64,000 nucleotides of DNA, taken from Zygnema circumcarinatum SAG 698-1b (taxonomy: Eukaryota > Plantae > Zygnematophyceae). The stretch lies in the NCBI GenBank assembly GCA_037447605.1, contig CM074806.1, positions 4,588,001-4,652,000 of the forward strand. The letters are read 5' to 3'. Below are positions 15,109-25,698 of the stretch, piece by piece. A program made the position numbers and the translations under genes. Below the pieces are notes generated by a model. The model was given only the letters and a program-made list of their open reading frames with translations. It did not search any database and was not told the origin of the DNA. The first letter of the stretch is position 1; every line of letters starts with the position of its first letter.

Positions 15109-15666
15109 ACGTAAACTCGCCTCTCCCGCAGGCAGGGAGGGTCGCCCAGTATAGATGAAGTCCCTCACTACTTAGGACTTCGGGTCATGGCGAACCTAGT
15201 TGTATCAAAACTTCAAGGAGTACAGGGCCCCTTCATGAAGAAAGGCAGGTAGCTATTTTTTGATCTTGAGAAAAGAAAAGGAAAATGTTGAATAGAAAGG
15301 TGCGGTTTTGTAGCAGGAGTTGAGTTGGGGCTTGTTTAGAGCTGGGTGAGAGAGATACTGGAAGTGACAGTAGGGGGAAGGGATTGAGCCTTTAGGTCGT
15401 TTCTATGTGAGGTGGTTTCCATGTGTTGAGTGAAGCCCAATCGTGCCTTGTTTGTCGTGATTGAATCCGTCGATTCTACAGAGAAACAGTTGCAAGCGAG
15501 TTCTGCTTCAGCACAGAACCAAATGGCTAGAACGGCAGTGGTAGAACTGGCACTCAATTTTATTGCCTTGTTAATTTATTTGTCATCAACTAGCGACGAG
15601 TTTGAGAGGTGAAGCTTTGATGGATGGTTTCCTTAGTCATCATTCTCGGGCCCTTAGTATGACCGA

Positions 15667-15795
15667 GAGTAGGATGGTCTGGCATGGGCATGGCATGGCC
15701 ATGGCATTGCATGGCATGGGATATGACCGAGAGTATGATGGTCATGCCATGCCCATGCCCATGCCATGCCCATGCCATGCCCAGCCATCCCATTC
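15667..15795. repeat. Imperfect inverted repeat (hairpin) built from GGCAT/ATGCC units
   Basis: Left arm about 15672-15728 (ggatggtctggcatgggcatggc...atgacc) pairs with right arm about 15740-15790 (ggtcatgccatgccc...cagccatcc) around an 11-nt loop. Confidence 0.8.
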
Positions 15796-16115
15796 CGCAC
15801 CTGTTGAAAGTACAGTTCTTCAACACATATACTACCCCAGAAAGATACTTAAAAAAACAAAAAAATCCCAAAATTTAAATTTATTTCAAGAAAGGCACAA
15901 TATGTACATACAATATAGAGCCTGCCGCCAATAAGAGGCGATCAAAAAAAAAAAGAAAAAAAAAAGGGGGGGGGAGGGGGGGACGGTAGGTTTGCTTATT
16001 GGTGAATATGTCGCACCAAAAAAATGCTCACGACTAACCCGTTCTAAAATCCTCAATTTTCCTAAACAATCAATTATTGACAATGTAAATAGTTAAACCG
16101 AGCAACTCGAGGTGG

Positions 16116-17470
16116 TTAAACCGGTTGAATTTGGCTGAGCCGTTCTATGTACCATTCCTCCAGCCCCGACTCCTTGGCTCCCTTCAAAATCAAATCTCGA
16201 TACCTTCGGGAGGGAGGGAGCTCCAGCCACCGTGGAAGCTTCATAGGCGAATCAGGGTTTGTCCGGAACGTGATCGCCTGAACCCCAAACACCAAAATCT
16301 TAGGGTTTAGTCTTAGGGTTTGCTCCATCTGACACAATGTAGAATTTCATTTTGATAACGTAAGTCCTCCTCTTTCCCTCCTACCTTCGTCCCTTCCAAC
16401 TCCACCCTCTCACGCCCCACTCTCTCCCTCCCTCCCTCTCTCTCCACTCCCTCCCTCTCTCCACTCCCTCGCTCCCTCCCTCCTTACTCTCTCCCTCACT
16501 CTCTCCTCTGCCCCGACATGCCTCTCTTCATCCCTGGTTAATCCCCGTCACCTCCTCCTTCCTCACTCCGGAAACCTCTCCTCCCCCTCTCTCCAGATCC
16601 CATGTTCCCGATCGTGTTCTCACCCTCTCCCACTTCCCCCCCTCTCCCTTCTTGTTCTCTCGAGAGCTCTCCCTCTCATCACCCATCCCCCTCCGGCCCA
16701 CTCTCCCTCTCCCTCTCCGCCTCACACTCACCCCGCCTCTCCCCCGTCCCCCACCCTCTAAATCCGCGCCTCTCCCTCCTCTCCACCCACTCGAACTCTT
16801 CCAAAGTCTGCCTTCGGCTTTACCGGAACTTGTTGGCCGCTATAAGTTGTCACCATAACTTCATGCTCAATGTATGACCTCCAAGGCCCTCCAGCACCTC
16901 CCTCGCTCCTGCACCCCATGCAAAGTACCTACCTTAATCATAAAATTTCAAAAATTTGCTCAAAATCAACCTTAACAATCATGAATACAAACATAACCAA
17001 TTTTATTTTTTTAATTAAAACATGCTTATCTAATACAATCTTATCAGACAACTTATTCTTATCAACCTCCCTCGCTCCTGGACCCCATGCAAAGTATCTA
17101 CCTAAATCATAAAATTTCAACATGTTGCCAAATTCAACCTTAACAATTATGAATACAAACATAACCAATTTTATTTTTTTAGTTAAATCATGCTTATCTA
17201 ATACAATCTTATCAGACAACTTATTCTTCTCAACTACAATCTTATGAGGCACGCACAGATAGAGGCGCTCGTAGCTCGCCCTCTCCAGCGTGACGAGGAG
17301 GCCGTGCGCGCTCTCTCCCATGGCGGGCTCGAGGCCCGCCATGGCGGGCTCAAAGGGCGGAAGGCAGAGCAGGTTGAAGGCCACGCGGTGCTCCGCCACC
17401 CGCCCCGCCTCCGCAGCCACCACCCTCACGCCTCCTGCACTTCTTCAGAAAAACCACTTCATGAAGATAT

Positions 17471-17510
<40 letters not shown>

Positions 17511-18308
17511 CCTTGTTCATCTTTCTCCTGAGCTCTCGCCCTCTCTCTCTCGCTCCTCCCCCTCTCCCTGTCTGTCTCTCTCTTTCCCCCGCGCCCTCTC
17601 CATCTACCCCTTCCCCCTGCCTCTTCTCTCTACCACTCGTTCTCTCAGCACAATTAACAGCATAAATACGGAGAAAGGGACAACATCCCAAAACTCTAAA
17701 ATCCCAAAAAAACTTGGAGCCTACGGTTTACCTCCTCGTGACGTCAGCTTCTCCAAACTCATATTAGACCCAAACGCGAAGTACTGAATTATGTCTTCAA
17801 ACACCGCCGGAGGGCGGCCATGGCTTCCCAGAAGGAGGCTCAAAGGGCTCCACTCACAGCTCCTCTGCTGCATCCTGAAACTTTCAGCTGGGCCCTCCCC
17901 CTGTAAGCTGAGCCTCGGAACACATCCCCTCCTCTCTCTCTCTCCCACTCTCTCGCCATCACCATCTCCCTTTGCTCTATTCTCTCTCGACCTCCAGCCC
18001 ACATCCATGGCTGCCACCACCCGCTTCCGAAATTTCCCGGCCTTTCCATGGTTTAAAGAAGCGTCAAAATCCTCCCTAGTGGCGCCGAACCCTTGATAAG
18101 GACCAAGACCTCTCCCCCCACTTTCTTCCCCTCTACCCCTCCCGCTCTCTCTCCCTACCCCTCCACAAAAGGAAGATAAAGATATTCCATAGCTTCCGGT
18201 TCTCGAACATCCTTTTACCATACGCGAGCTGCATCCATGGCGGCGTCCCCGAAGAGCATGCGCAGAGGGCTCGCCGAGAGGGAAGGGCCGGCCCGAGGAG
18301 GCAGCCAT
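16116..18308 (-). CDS. Gamma-glutamylcyclotransferase (GGCT)-fold protein with a probable organellar N-terminal extension
   Basis: Core exons: about 17900-17731 (QYFAFGSNM), 17434-17257 (HRVAFN...AHGLLV...YERLY), 16908-16824 (LSEGG...Y) and 16277-16116 (PPSRRYRDLILKGAKESGL, stop). They are phase-consistent. The 5' exon structure between 18308 and 17900 is uncertain. Confidence 0.85.
16897..17234. repeat. Tandem direct duplication (2 x about 169 bp) inside a GGCT intron, including the 3' splice site
   Basis: cctccctcgctcctg(c/g)accccatgcaaagta...cttatcagacaacttattctt occurs at both 16897 and 17066. Confidence 0.93.
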
Positions 18309-18673
18309 GGCTGCGGAGACAGATGAGCGGACATCCGTTTCATCAAGCGATATATCGCCTCATATCGCATCGCAACACACAGAAAAATATATCGTATCGC
18401 ATTATTTCCTAGAGTATCGCATCGTATCTTATAATATCGTATTGAAGTTTAGAAAATATATCTAGATATCGCAGGCCATATTAATACGGTATTATTCAAT
18501 GTATCGTCTACGATACCGACATAAATATCTCGATACTCAGCCGCAGTGACAATCCGAACGGCCCCGTTCAGATAGTGTGAACGGGCACACCGATTCGCCC
18601 GGGCCAAAAGCCCCAATTGCAGGGCTTCTAGAAGGTTCTTCGCACGTGCAAGGTCGCGAGGAGAGCGCGCCAC

Positions 18674-20374
18674 ATGGCGCCGGTGACGGGCAGCGCGGCG
18701 CAGCCGTGGGTTGAAAAATAGTACGCCTCTTCGTCACGACTCTGGAAAAAAAAAAAAACCCTTAAACCCTAAGCCTAAAACCTAAACCTCAAATCCTTAA
18801 CCCTAACCTTAAACCCTCACACTAAACCTTAAACTTCAAACCCTAAACCTAAACCTTATCCCTAACCCTAAACCCTAAACCCTTACCCTGAACCCTAAAG
18901 GCCAGACCATAAACCCTAACCCTAAACCCTTATCCTAAACCTTAAACCTCAACCCTAAACCTAACCCTAAACCTAACCCTAAACCCTAAACCCCAGACCC
19001 TAAACCCTAAATCTAAACCCTTACCCTAAACCTTAAACCCCAGACCCTAAGCCCTAACCCTAAACCCTTACCCTAAACCCTGAACCTCAAACCCTGAACT
19101 TAACATCCTTTAAACCCTCAAGATCGGTAACGATCAACGAGGGCTCAAAAGCCCTTCAACCGATCCCTTTGGCGGAATGCGAAACAATCCTTTTTTTGTG
19201 TATCCATGGTTCCATAATCCTTTTGGGTTTCATTTTAGGATTTTTAGGGTTTTTAGGGTTTTCAGGGCTGTTAGGGTTTTGCGGATTTTTGGGGGGTCGC
19301 AAGGTTTCGGGATTTTGTAGGGTTTAGGGTTTTAGGGTTTTAAGGTTTTGATGACGTGGCGCACATGCAGCCGGCCGAAGCAAGTTGCTGACGTGGCATA
19401 CCAGGAGGAAGTTGTACGGACACTCACAAACACATTAGAGACCGGCAATGTATGTACGCGCTGAACAGCTTTTAATCCTTTTTTTTTTACGAATCATTTT
19501 TGTCTATGTATTGTTGCAAACATTGGATTTTTTCACTCTGAGGCCGACATATTTCAGCAAACCATTTAAATTCTCGTATTTTTTAATAACACCTTAATCT
19601 CTTAACATCGATCCTTTCAGTGTTGCTTAGAGAGAGATAGGGCGAGGAGAGAGAGAGAGAGGGAGGAGAGAGCGAGGGAGAGGACGAGTGAGAGAGGGAG
19701 AGGGAGAGAGAGAGAGGAGAAAGGGAGGGAGGGGAGGTGGGAGAGGAGCTGCATCTATTGTTTGTTTCTGTCCGTTTGGTATCCTCCACTTGTTCAAAAA
19801 TCGTCAAAGTTGTGAATGGGAACCTTCTCTGCAGCTTCCTCATCTTCTTTTCTATGGCCCGCCCGGAACGGGGAAGACCTCGACCGCTCTCGCCATTGCT
19901 CGGCAGCTTTTTGGGTATTGCGCTCTCTCCACCTGCAAAAATATTTTCTCGTTTCAAAAATTTCTATCATAATTGAAATTGAAAGATTGAATGGAAAAAT
20001 TGAAACTGAAATTGAAATTGAAATTGAAATTGAAATTGAAATTGAAATTGAAATTGAAATTGAAATTGAAATTGAAAGTTTGTGCCCATCAAAAGGCGAC
20101 GATCGTTTGAGCATTGGTCAAACACTGGTCAACCATTGTTTAGCATCGCTCGCGCAAGCATGTTGTAGATGTTGAACAATGACATGGACATTGCCGAAGA
20201 CCTTGCTCATGCTTTGTTCAACATTTTCTCAAACGTTGCTCAACTACTTCTCGATCCCTTGTCCACGCATTGCTCCAATGCTGCTGCTCAATGGATTGTT
20301 CCAACATAGTCCCAACAGACATTGTCATGAACTTTCTCAGCCTCCTCCTCGTGCCTGCCTGCCTCTCTCTCTCT

Positions 20375-20413
<39 letters not shown>

Positions 20414-23400
20414 TATGGTCATGGTTAAACTTGCCCTCAGACCGGAGCTGTTCAAGAGCCGCGTTTTGGAGCTGAACGCGAGCGACGATCGCGGGATCAA
20501 CGTTGTACGGACGAAGATCAAAGACTTCGCCGGAGTGGCCGTGGGCCCCGGCGCGCCGTGAGTACTGCTCGGATGGCTGCTGGGAACCGGGTTGAGGGAG
20601 AGAGGGAGAGAGAGGGAGAGAGAGGGGGGGGAGGGAGAGAGAGAGGAGGGGGAGAGAGAGAGAGAGGAGGGGGGAGGGAGAGAGAGAGGAGNNNNNNNNN
20701 NGAGAGGGGGAGAGAGAGAGGAGGGGGAGAGAAAGAGCGTGGGGGAGTGAGAGAGTGTGTGAGAGAGATGTGGGGGGAGAGAAGGAGGGGGCATGGAGGA
20801 GGGGGGAGGAAGGAGGCAGGGGGCGGGGGAGTTCGGGAGGGGGGAGGGAGGGAGGGAGGAAGGGGAAGGGGGGGAGGGGAGGGGGACATGGGGGGAGGGG
20901 AGGGGGAAGGGAGGGGGAGGGGTAGAGTTACAGAGAAGGAGAGAGAGAGTGGGAGGGAGGGGTGGCTGAGGGAAGATAGAGGAGAAGCTTTTCATTTTTG
21001 CTTTTTCTCCTTGATTTGATGTTGTGCAGAGGGTATCCCTGCCCCCCCTTCAAGATAATCATTCTCGATGAGGCAGATTCGATGACTGACGATGCTCAAG
21101 TAAGGCCTTATCTTTGAAATCTTCGAACTCTTAAAATTTGACATGTTTTGCAATGTTGTGTTAATTTCTTTTGACTGGCCAGTTCCATGCATACAAATTT
21201 TCCATCGTTCCGTTGACCCCAACAGAACGCTTTACGGAGAACCATGGAGACGCACTCGAAGGTGACTCGTTTCTGCTTCATCTGCAACTATATCAGTCGG
21301 TGGGGTTCCAAAATCTCCACTTTCTATAAAAACCCTAAAACCCTTACATGCTTATTTTTCTCCAGAGGGTTTTTTTCCTCAAGTTTCAGCATTCATAGGG
21401 CTTTCCCCTGCTAACTAGTGAGTAAAGCTATGGTTTCCAGTTTCTGTCATGCTTTACAGATTCCGTTGGGTGCAACGGATGACTGGGTTGCTTTGTGTTA
21501 CAGTATCATTGAACCCTTAGCCTCCCGGTGCGCGAAATTTCGCTTTAAGCCCTTGATTCGTGACATTATGGCGGAGCGAATTGGATTTATATGTGCGGAG
21601 GAGGGTCTCGCGCTCGACTCGGAGGTATATATATGGTCTCTGCGATGTCATCGATATTATGGATAAATAAAGCATTAGGAAAAAAAAAATGTTCCTTTTA
21701 TTTAACTTTCGTGGAATTCACATTTTTACTCAAAACACATCAAATAACTTCACAAAACTATGTTTCTGTTTGGAACATTAGCACAAGTTTGTGGTTTCTC
21801 GGGGTCCAACAAAGTCAAACAAGGTCAGGCAAAGTCAAAAAAAGTCTTTCAAAGTCAAACAAGGTCAAGCAAAATCAAGCAAGGTCAAGTTTAGCCGAAT
21901 GGAGTCTTGACTGTTTTGCCCCTTACTTTATAGTATTTATTTTCCTTTTTTTTGAAGGCGATGAGCACTTTGAGTCGAGTGGCGGAGGGAGATCTCCGCC
22001 GAGCAATCACGTGCCTCCAGGTGGCGCTTCCTCTGTGCTTCAATCTCAAACTCAGAAAGCAAAAAAAAAAAATCAAAATTATGTATTATAATATGCCATG
22101 AATCGTTCCTTTTTTTTGAGACATTTGAGAATAGTTTTCGTATCCAGTTCGGGGGTCCTTTTCTTCTGAGGTGTTCTTTCGTAAGATTTTTTTACCATAA
22201 GGCGTAGGACCTTATCAACCAAGAAGTGTCAAATGTATGAAAGTCTGCTAAGAATCGGAACATTTGAAACCCTAAATTCCTTCTCCCTCTGCATGATGAT
22301 GATGCTCAGAGCGCGACCCGCTTGTACGGATCCAACATCACCAGCTCCCACATCACTTACGTTTCTGGGGTGAGTACCATACTGTTTAAACAAAACATAG
22401 ATGATCTTGAGATGATTTTTATCATCTTTGATAAACAGTTTACACTTGGACGAACGTTTTCCCCTTTACTACGAGGAAAAATGAATGCAAGTTATAAAGT
22501 ATAAAGATCATCATCTTAGTTGAATCTCAGTCCCATTGCTTTTACGGAATGCATCTGTATTTATTTATCCTCTTGCCCCTTTTTTTTCAATGCATAGGTT
22601 ATTCCTGACTCCGTCATTGAAAATCTCCTGAAGGCGTGCAAAAGCGGAGCCTTTGACCGAGCGCAGAAAGCCGTTACGGAAATTGTTGCAGAGGGGTACC
22701 CTGTGGCCCAGGTGCTTTCTCAGGTGAAAATAACAGAGCCATATGGTAAACTTTGTCATCTTGCGGAGAGAATGGCCTGCATAACCTTTGTATGCTAACC
22801 CTAATACTGACTCTGACCCCCAACCCTGATCCGAAGCCTAAGCCTAGTCGTTAACCCTAGGGGTAATCCTAACCCTAATCCTTAGTCTGACCCTCGCCTT
22901 AACCCTAACCCTTAGCGTAATCCTCTAACCCTGATTTTCATTCCAGCCCTTAACCCTAACCTAAGTATAGCCCTAACCTTAGTCTTAACCCTGCCCTAAC
23001 TTTAGCAAAAGAAAGATTTTAGTCATGCAAAAGGGAATACAGTCACAGGGGTTAATCTACTCATGTGAATTTAGTTGCTGATGGTCAGTGGGAGTGCCTT
23101 TCAGTATGAAAGATTCGGATAAAAAAAAAAACTTGGTAATCTTGTTGAAATTCTCAGAAAAGTATGTAATTGTGTTGAAGTCTTTCGTTGGAAGCGTAAG
23201 CTCGTGCATGAATTCAACGGCTACTCTCTGCCTGGCCTGCAGCTATACGACAAAATAGTGGTGGCGGAAGACCTGACAGACATACAGAAGGCCCAAATCT
23301 GCGAACGGTTTGCAGAATCAGATAAGGTAATTCCAGTAACCCTAAAACTCTGAACACCCCTAAACCCTTCAATTTTATAGCAACCTGAACCAGCGACCTG

Positions 23401-23847
23401 TAAACCCTAAAAACGTCTCATTTCCCAAACTTGTGGTCGAAGAAATTTGACGTAGTAGTGTAATCATCAATGTAACAATCATTTTCTCCTGCTAATAATG
23501 CAATAAGGGCCATGTCATGCTGTTTCTATGCTCGTTGATACCGCTACTCTGTTCAACTGATCACTGCGTGGTCCCTCATTGCCGTTCTTTGCTGTCCCGT
23601 TACTGCTCCGTTTCCTTCAACGCACTAATTCTATCCCTAACCGTTGCATGTTGCGCCGTTCAACGGATACTGAACGCTGCGCGTGACTGCGCGCATGTGT
23701 CCCCTCCCCTCCGTCCCGCAGTGCCTCATCGACGGCGCGGACGAGTACCTGCAACTGCTCGACGCGGCGAGCAACGCGATGCGCGCGATCTGCAGCAAGA
23801 GGCCGCAGGACCCCGCGGCCGCCTACTCCTGGGCGGCCGCAAACTGA
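18674..23847 (+). CDS. RFC4: Replication factor C small subunit (Arabidopsis/human RFC4, yeast Rfc2 orthologue), about 12 exons
   Basis: Exon 1 18674-18720 reads [16 protein letters not shown]; exon 2 from 19371 reads [15 protein letters not shown]. Later exons give [17 protein letters not shown] (Walker A), [36 protein letters not shown] (Walker B), [21 protein letters not shown] (SRC), [11 protein letters not shown] and [12 protein letters not shown]. Stop TGA at 23845-23847. Confidence 0.96.
18758..19104 (+). repeat. Degenerate telomere-like array (CCCTAAA/CCCTAA)n in RFC4 intron 1
   Basis: About 350 bp of aaaccct/aaccct variants, directly visible. Confidence 0.93.
19168..19175 (+). promoter_or_regulatory. 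Canonical E2F site TTTGGCGG in RFC4 intron 1
   Basis: Exact match to TTTSSCGS. Replication-fork genes are established E2F targets; function at this site is inferred. Confidence 0.45.
19233..19349 (-). repeat. Opposite-orientation telomere-like array (TTTAGGG/TTTTAGGG)n in RFC4 intron 1
   Basis: ttttaggatttttagggtttttagggttttcagggctgttagggtttt...gggtttagggttttagggttttaagg. Confidence 0.85.
19971..20078. repeat. (GAAATT)n hexamer microsatellite in RFC4 intron 3
   Basis: About 13 near-perfect units plus a degenerate 5' part; it produces the ISIS/EIEI ORFs. Confidence 0.9.
20692..20701. other. Assembly gap (10 N); further gaps at 24256-24265 and 52788-52797
   Basis: Runs of n in the sequence; two lie in GA tracts and one in a TIR arm. 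Confidence 0.99.
22790..23005 (+). repeat. Degenerate (CCCTAA)n telomere-like array in an RFC4 intron
   Basis: ctaaccctaatactgactctgacccccaaccctg...aaccctaacccttag...aaccctaacctaag...aaccctgccctaac. Confidence 0.75.
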
Positions 23848-24197
23848 TCAAGGAAATGTCGAGCTTTCTGCTATTACCTTTGCGAGGTTACATCTTCATT
23901 TGATATGTTGTTGACATTCTGGCGGTGGGTGAAGCATGGAACCGTTGTACAGCTAGAAGAAGAACTGAGGAGGAGCTCCTCGAGCCCTAAGGGCCAGAAG
24001 AGGACCCCACGAGATGGATGGCTCGTCACAGGCTCTCTCTCGCTCTCTCTCTCTCTTTATCTCTCCCTACAGAAGGAAAACTGCCCGGTAAAGTACCGAC
24101 TTCAAACCAACTCAAAGGTACCAATTCTTTGTAATTCCAAACTCGCAATCTACGGCTCCATTTTTGCCACGTGTCGATCTGAACTGTGTATTTGCAA

Positions 24198-25335
24198 GGA
24201 AAATGATACAGCGGCCCCACTTTTTGGATATCGGCGCCCCCTTTTGGGAAAAAATNNNNNNNNNNGGAAAATGATACAGCGGCCCCACTTTTTGGATATC
24301 GGCGCCCCCTTTTGGGAAAAAATTGTACTTTTTTCTTTGGCTAATCACCCCCCACCCTTGGATCTTTCGGGAGGAGAGATCTTGTAGACAATCGGACCCC
24401 GCGCCTCGCGCGCAGGATCCGACCGTGTACCGACGTACGGCGCCGCGCATCGCGGCGTGGCCCACGAGATGCGGCGAGCCTACGGAAAAGTTGTCCTCAC
24501 CTGACCCGTTTGGATCAGATGTTGCCACGTGGCAGTCTGCCATTGCACAGCCCTGCTGCCGGTCCCCCATGCCGATACAGTGGACCCCCATAATATTTTC
24601 GCCATGGTTTCGGCAAATACTGGGCGAAAATATTGTAACTTGCAAATATAAGGTCCGTGTTACCAATAGGCGAGCGGTATTATGTTAGAGTTCATGTCTG
24701 TTCCTATGTATCGTATCGTATCGTATCGTATCGTATCGTATCGTATCGTACCGTGATTTAGATATACGAGCTCCTATTGGTGTTGTACGTATACCGTACG
24801 ACTTAGAGATTTTATTCGTACTTACCGTACAGCGGAAAAGCGTGACCCATGTTTGAAATCCGTTTCGATTAACAGATTTTGTATTGGAGAATAGGTCAGG
24901 TTAGGTTAACACCCCTAATACGTTAACATTGAGTTACCGTACAAAAAAGTGGTTTCGGCAAAATCGGGGCGAATTTCTTGGGGACGCACTGTACAAGGTG
25001 GAAAATATTATGGGGGTCCACTGTATCGGCATGGGGGACCGGCAGCAGGGCTGTGCAATGGCAGACTGCCACGTGGCAACATCTGATCCAAACGGGTCAG
25101 GTGAGGACAACTTTTCCGTAGGCTCGCCGCATCTCGTGGGCCACGCCGCGATGCGCGGCGCCGTACGTCGGTACACGGTCGGATCCTGCGCGCGAGGCGC
25201 GGGGTCCGATTGTCTACAAGATCTCTCCTCCCGAAAGATCCAAGGGTGGGGGGTGATTAGCCAAAGAAAAAAGTACAATTTTTTCCCAAAAGGGGGCGCC
25301 GATATCCAAAAAGTGGGGCCGCTGTATCATTTTCC
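24198..25335. mobile_element. Non-autonomous long-TIR (foldback) DNA transposon A: 335-bp arms, 8-bp TSD ATTTGCAA
   Basis: Arm 24266-24600 is the reverse complement of 25001-25335; the ORF track gives the same translation on both strands. Termini are GGAAAATG...CATTTTCC. ATTTGCAA lies at 24190-24197 and 25336-25343. The core is 400 bp with (TCGTA)8 at 24711-24750. Bases 24198-24255 repeat across the N gap. No transposase is present. Confidence 0.92.
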
Positions 25336-25698
25336 ATTTGCAATTGCCGTGTCACACTTGCGAGAGTCGCGAGCGCTAAAGTGTACCGTACCAAGTAACT
25401 TTAGGAATGGTTCACTTTATCGTGCGGAGTCACTGGGGCACGTGGCCTCCTTCCTGGCCCGTGGCAGGCATGCCCGAGACATGTGCCGGGCCGTGACCCG
25501 CACGAGCCGATAGTGAACAACGACAAGGTACGGACATGGAAGGCCATGACCTTGCCCCACGTGATCCACGTGCTAAGCACGGGTCCCCGCGTGAAGATAT
25601 TGAACAACTAAAGGGTACGGTCATGGGAGGTCATGACCTTGGGCCCACGTGCCTCCAACCCTACCCTCCCCAACAAGCACTACATGACAAAATAATAT

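Noticed and set aside
18758-19349. Interpretation as a telomere-telomere chromosome fusion scar
   Set aside because: The orientation is C-rich then G-rich (the opposite of a fusion), the repeats are degenerate and they lie inside an intron of an intact gene.
24198-24255. 58-bp direct repeat on both sides of the N gap
   Set aside because: Most likely an unmerged contig overlap at the scaffold gap, not a biological duplication.
24112-25513. ORFs of 114-194 aa duplicated on opposite strands
   Set aside because: They are incidental translations of the TIR arms, with no DDE/transposase features.
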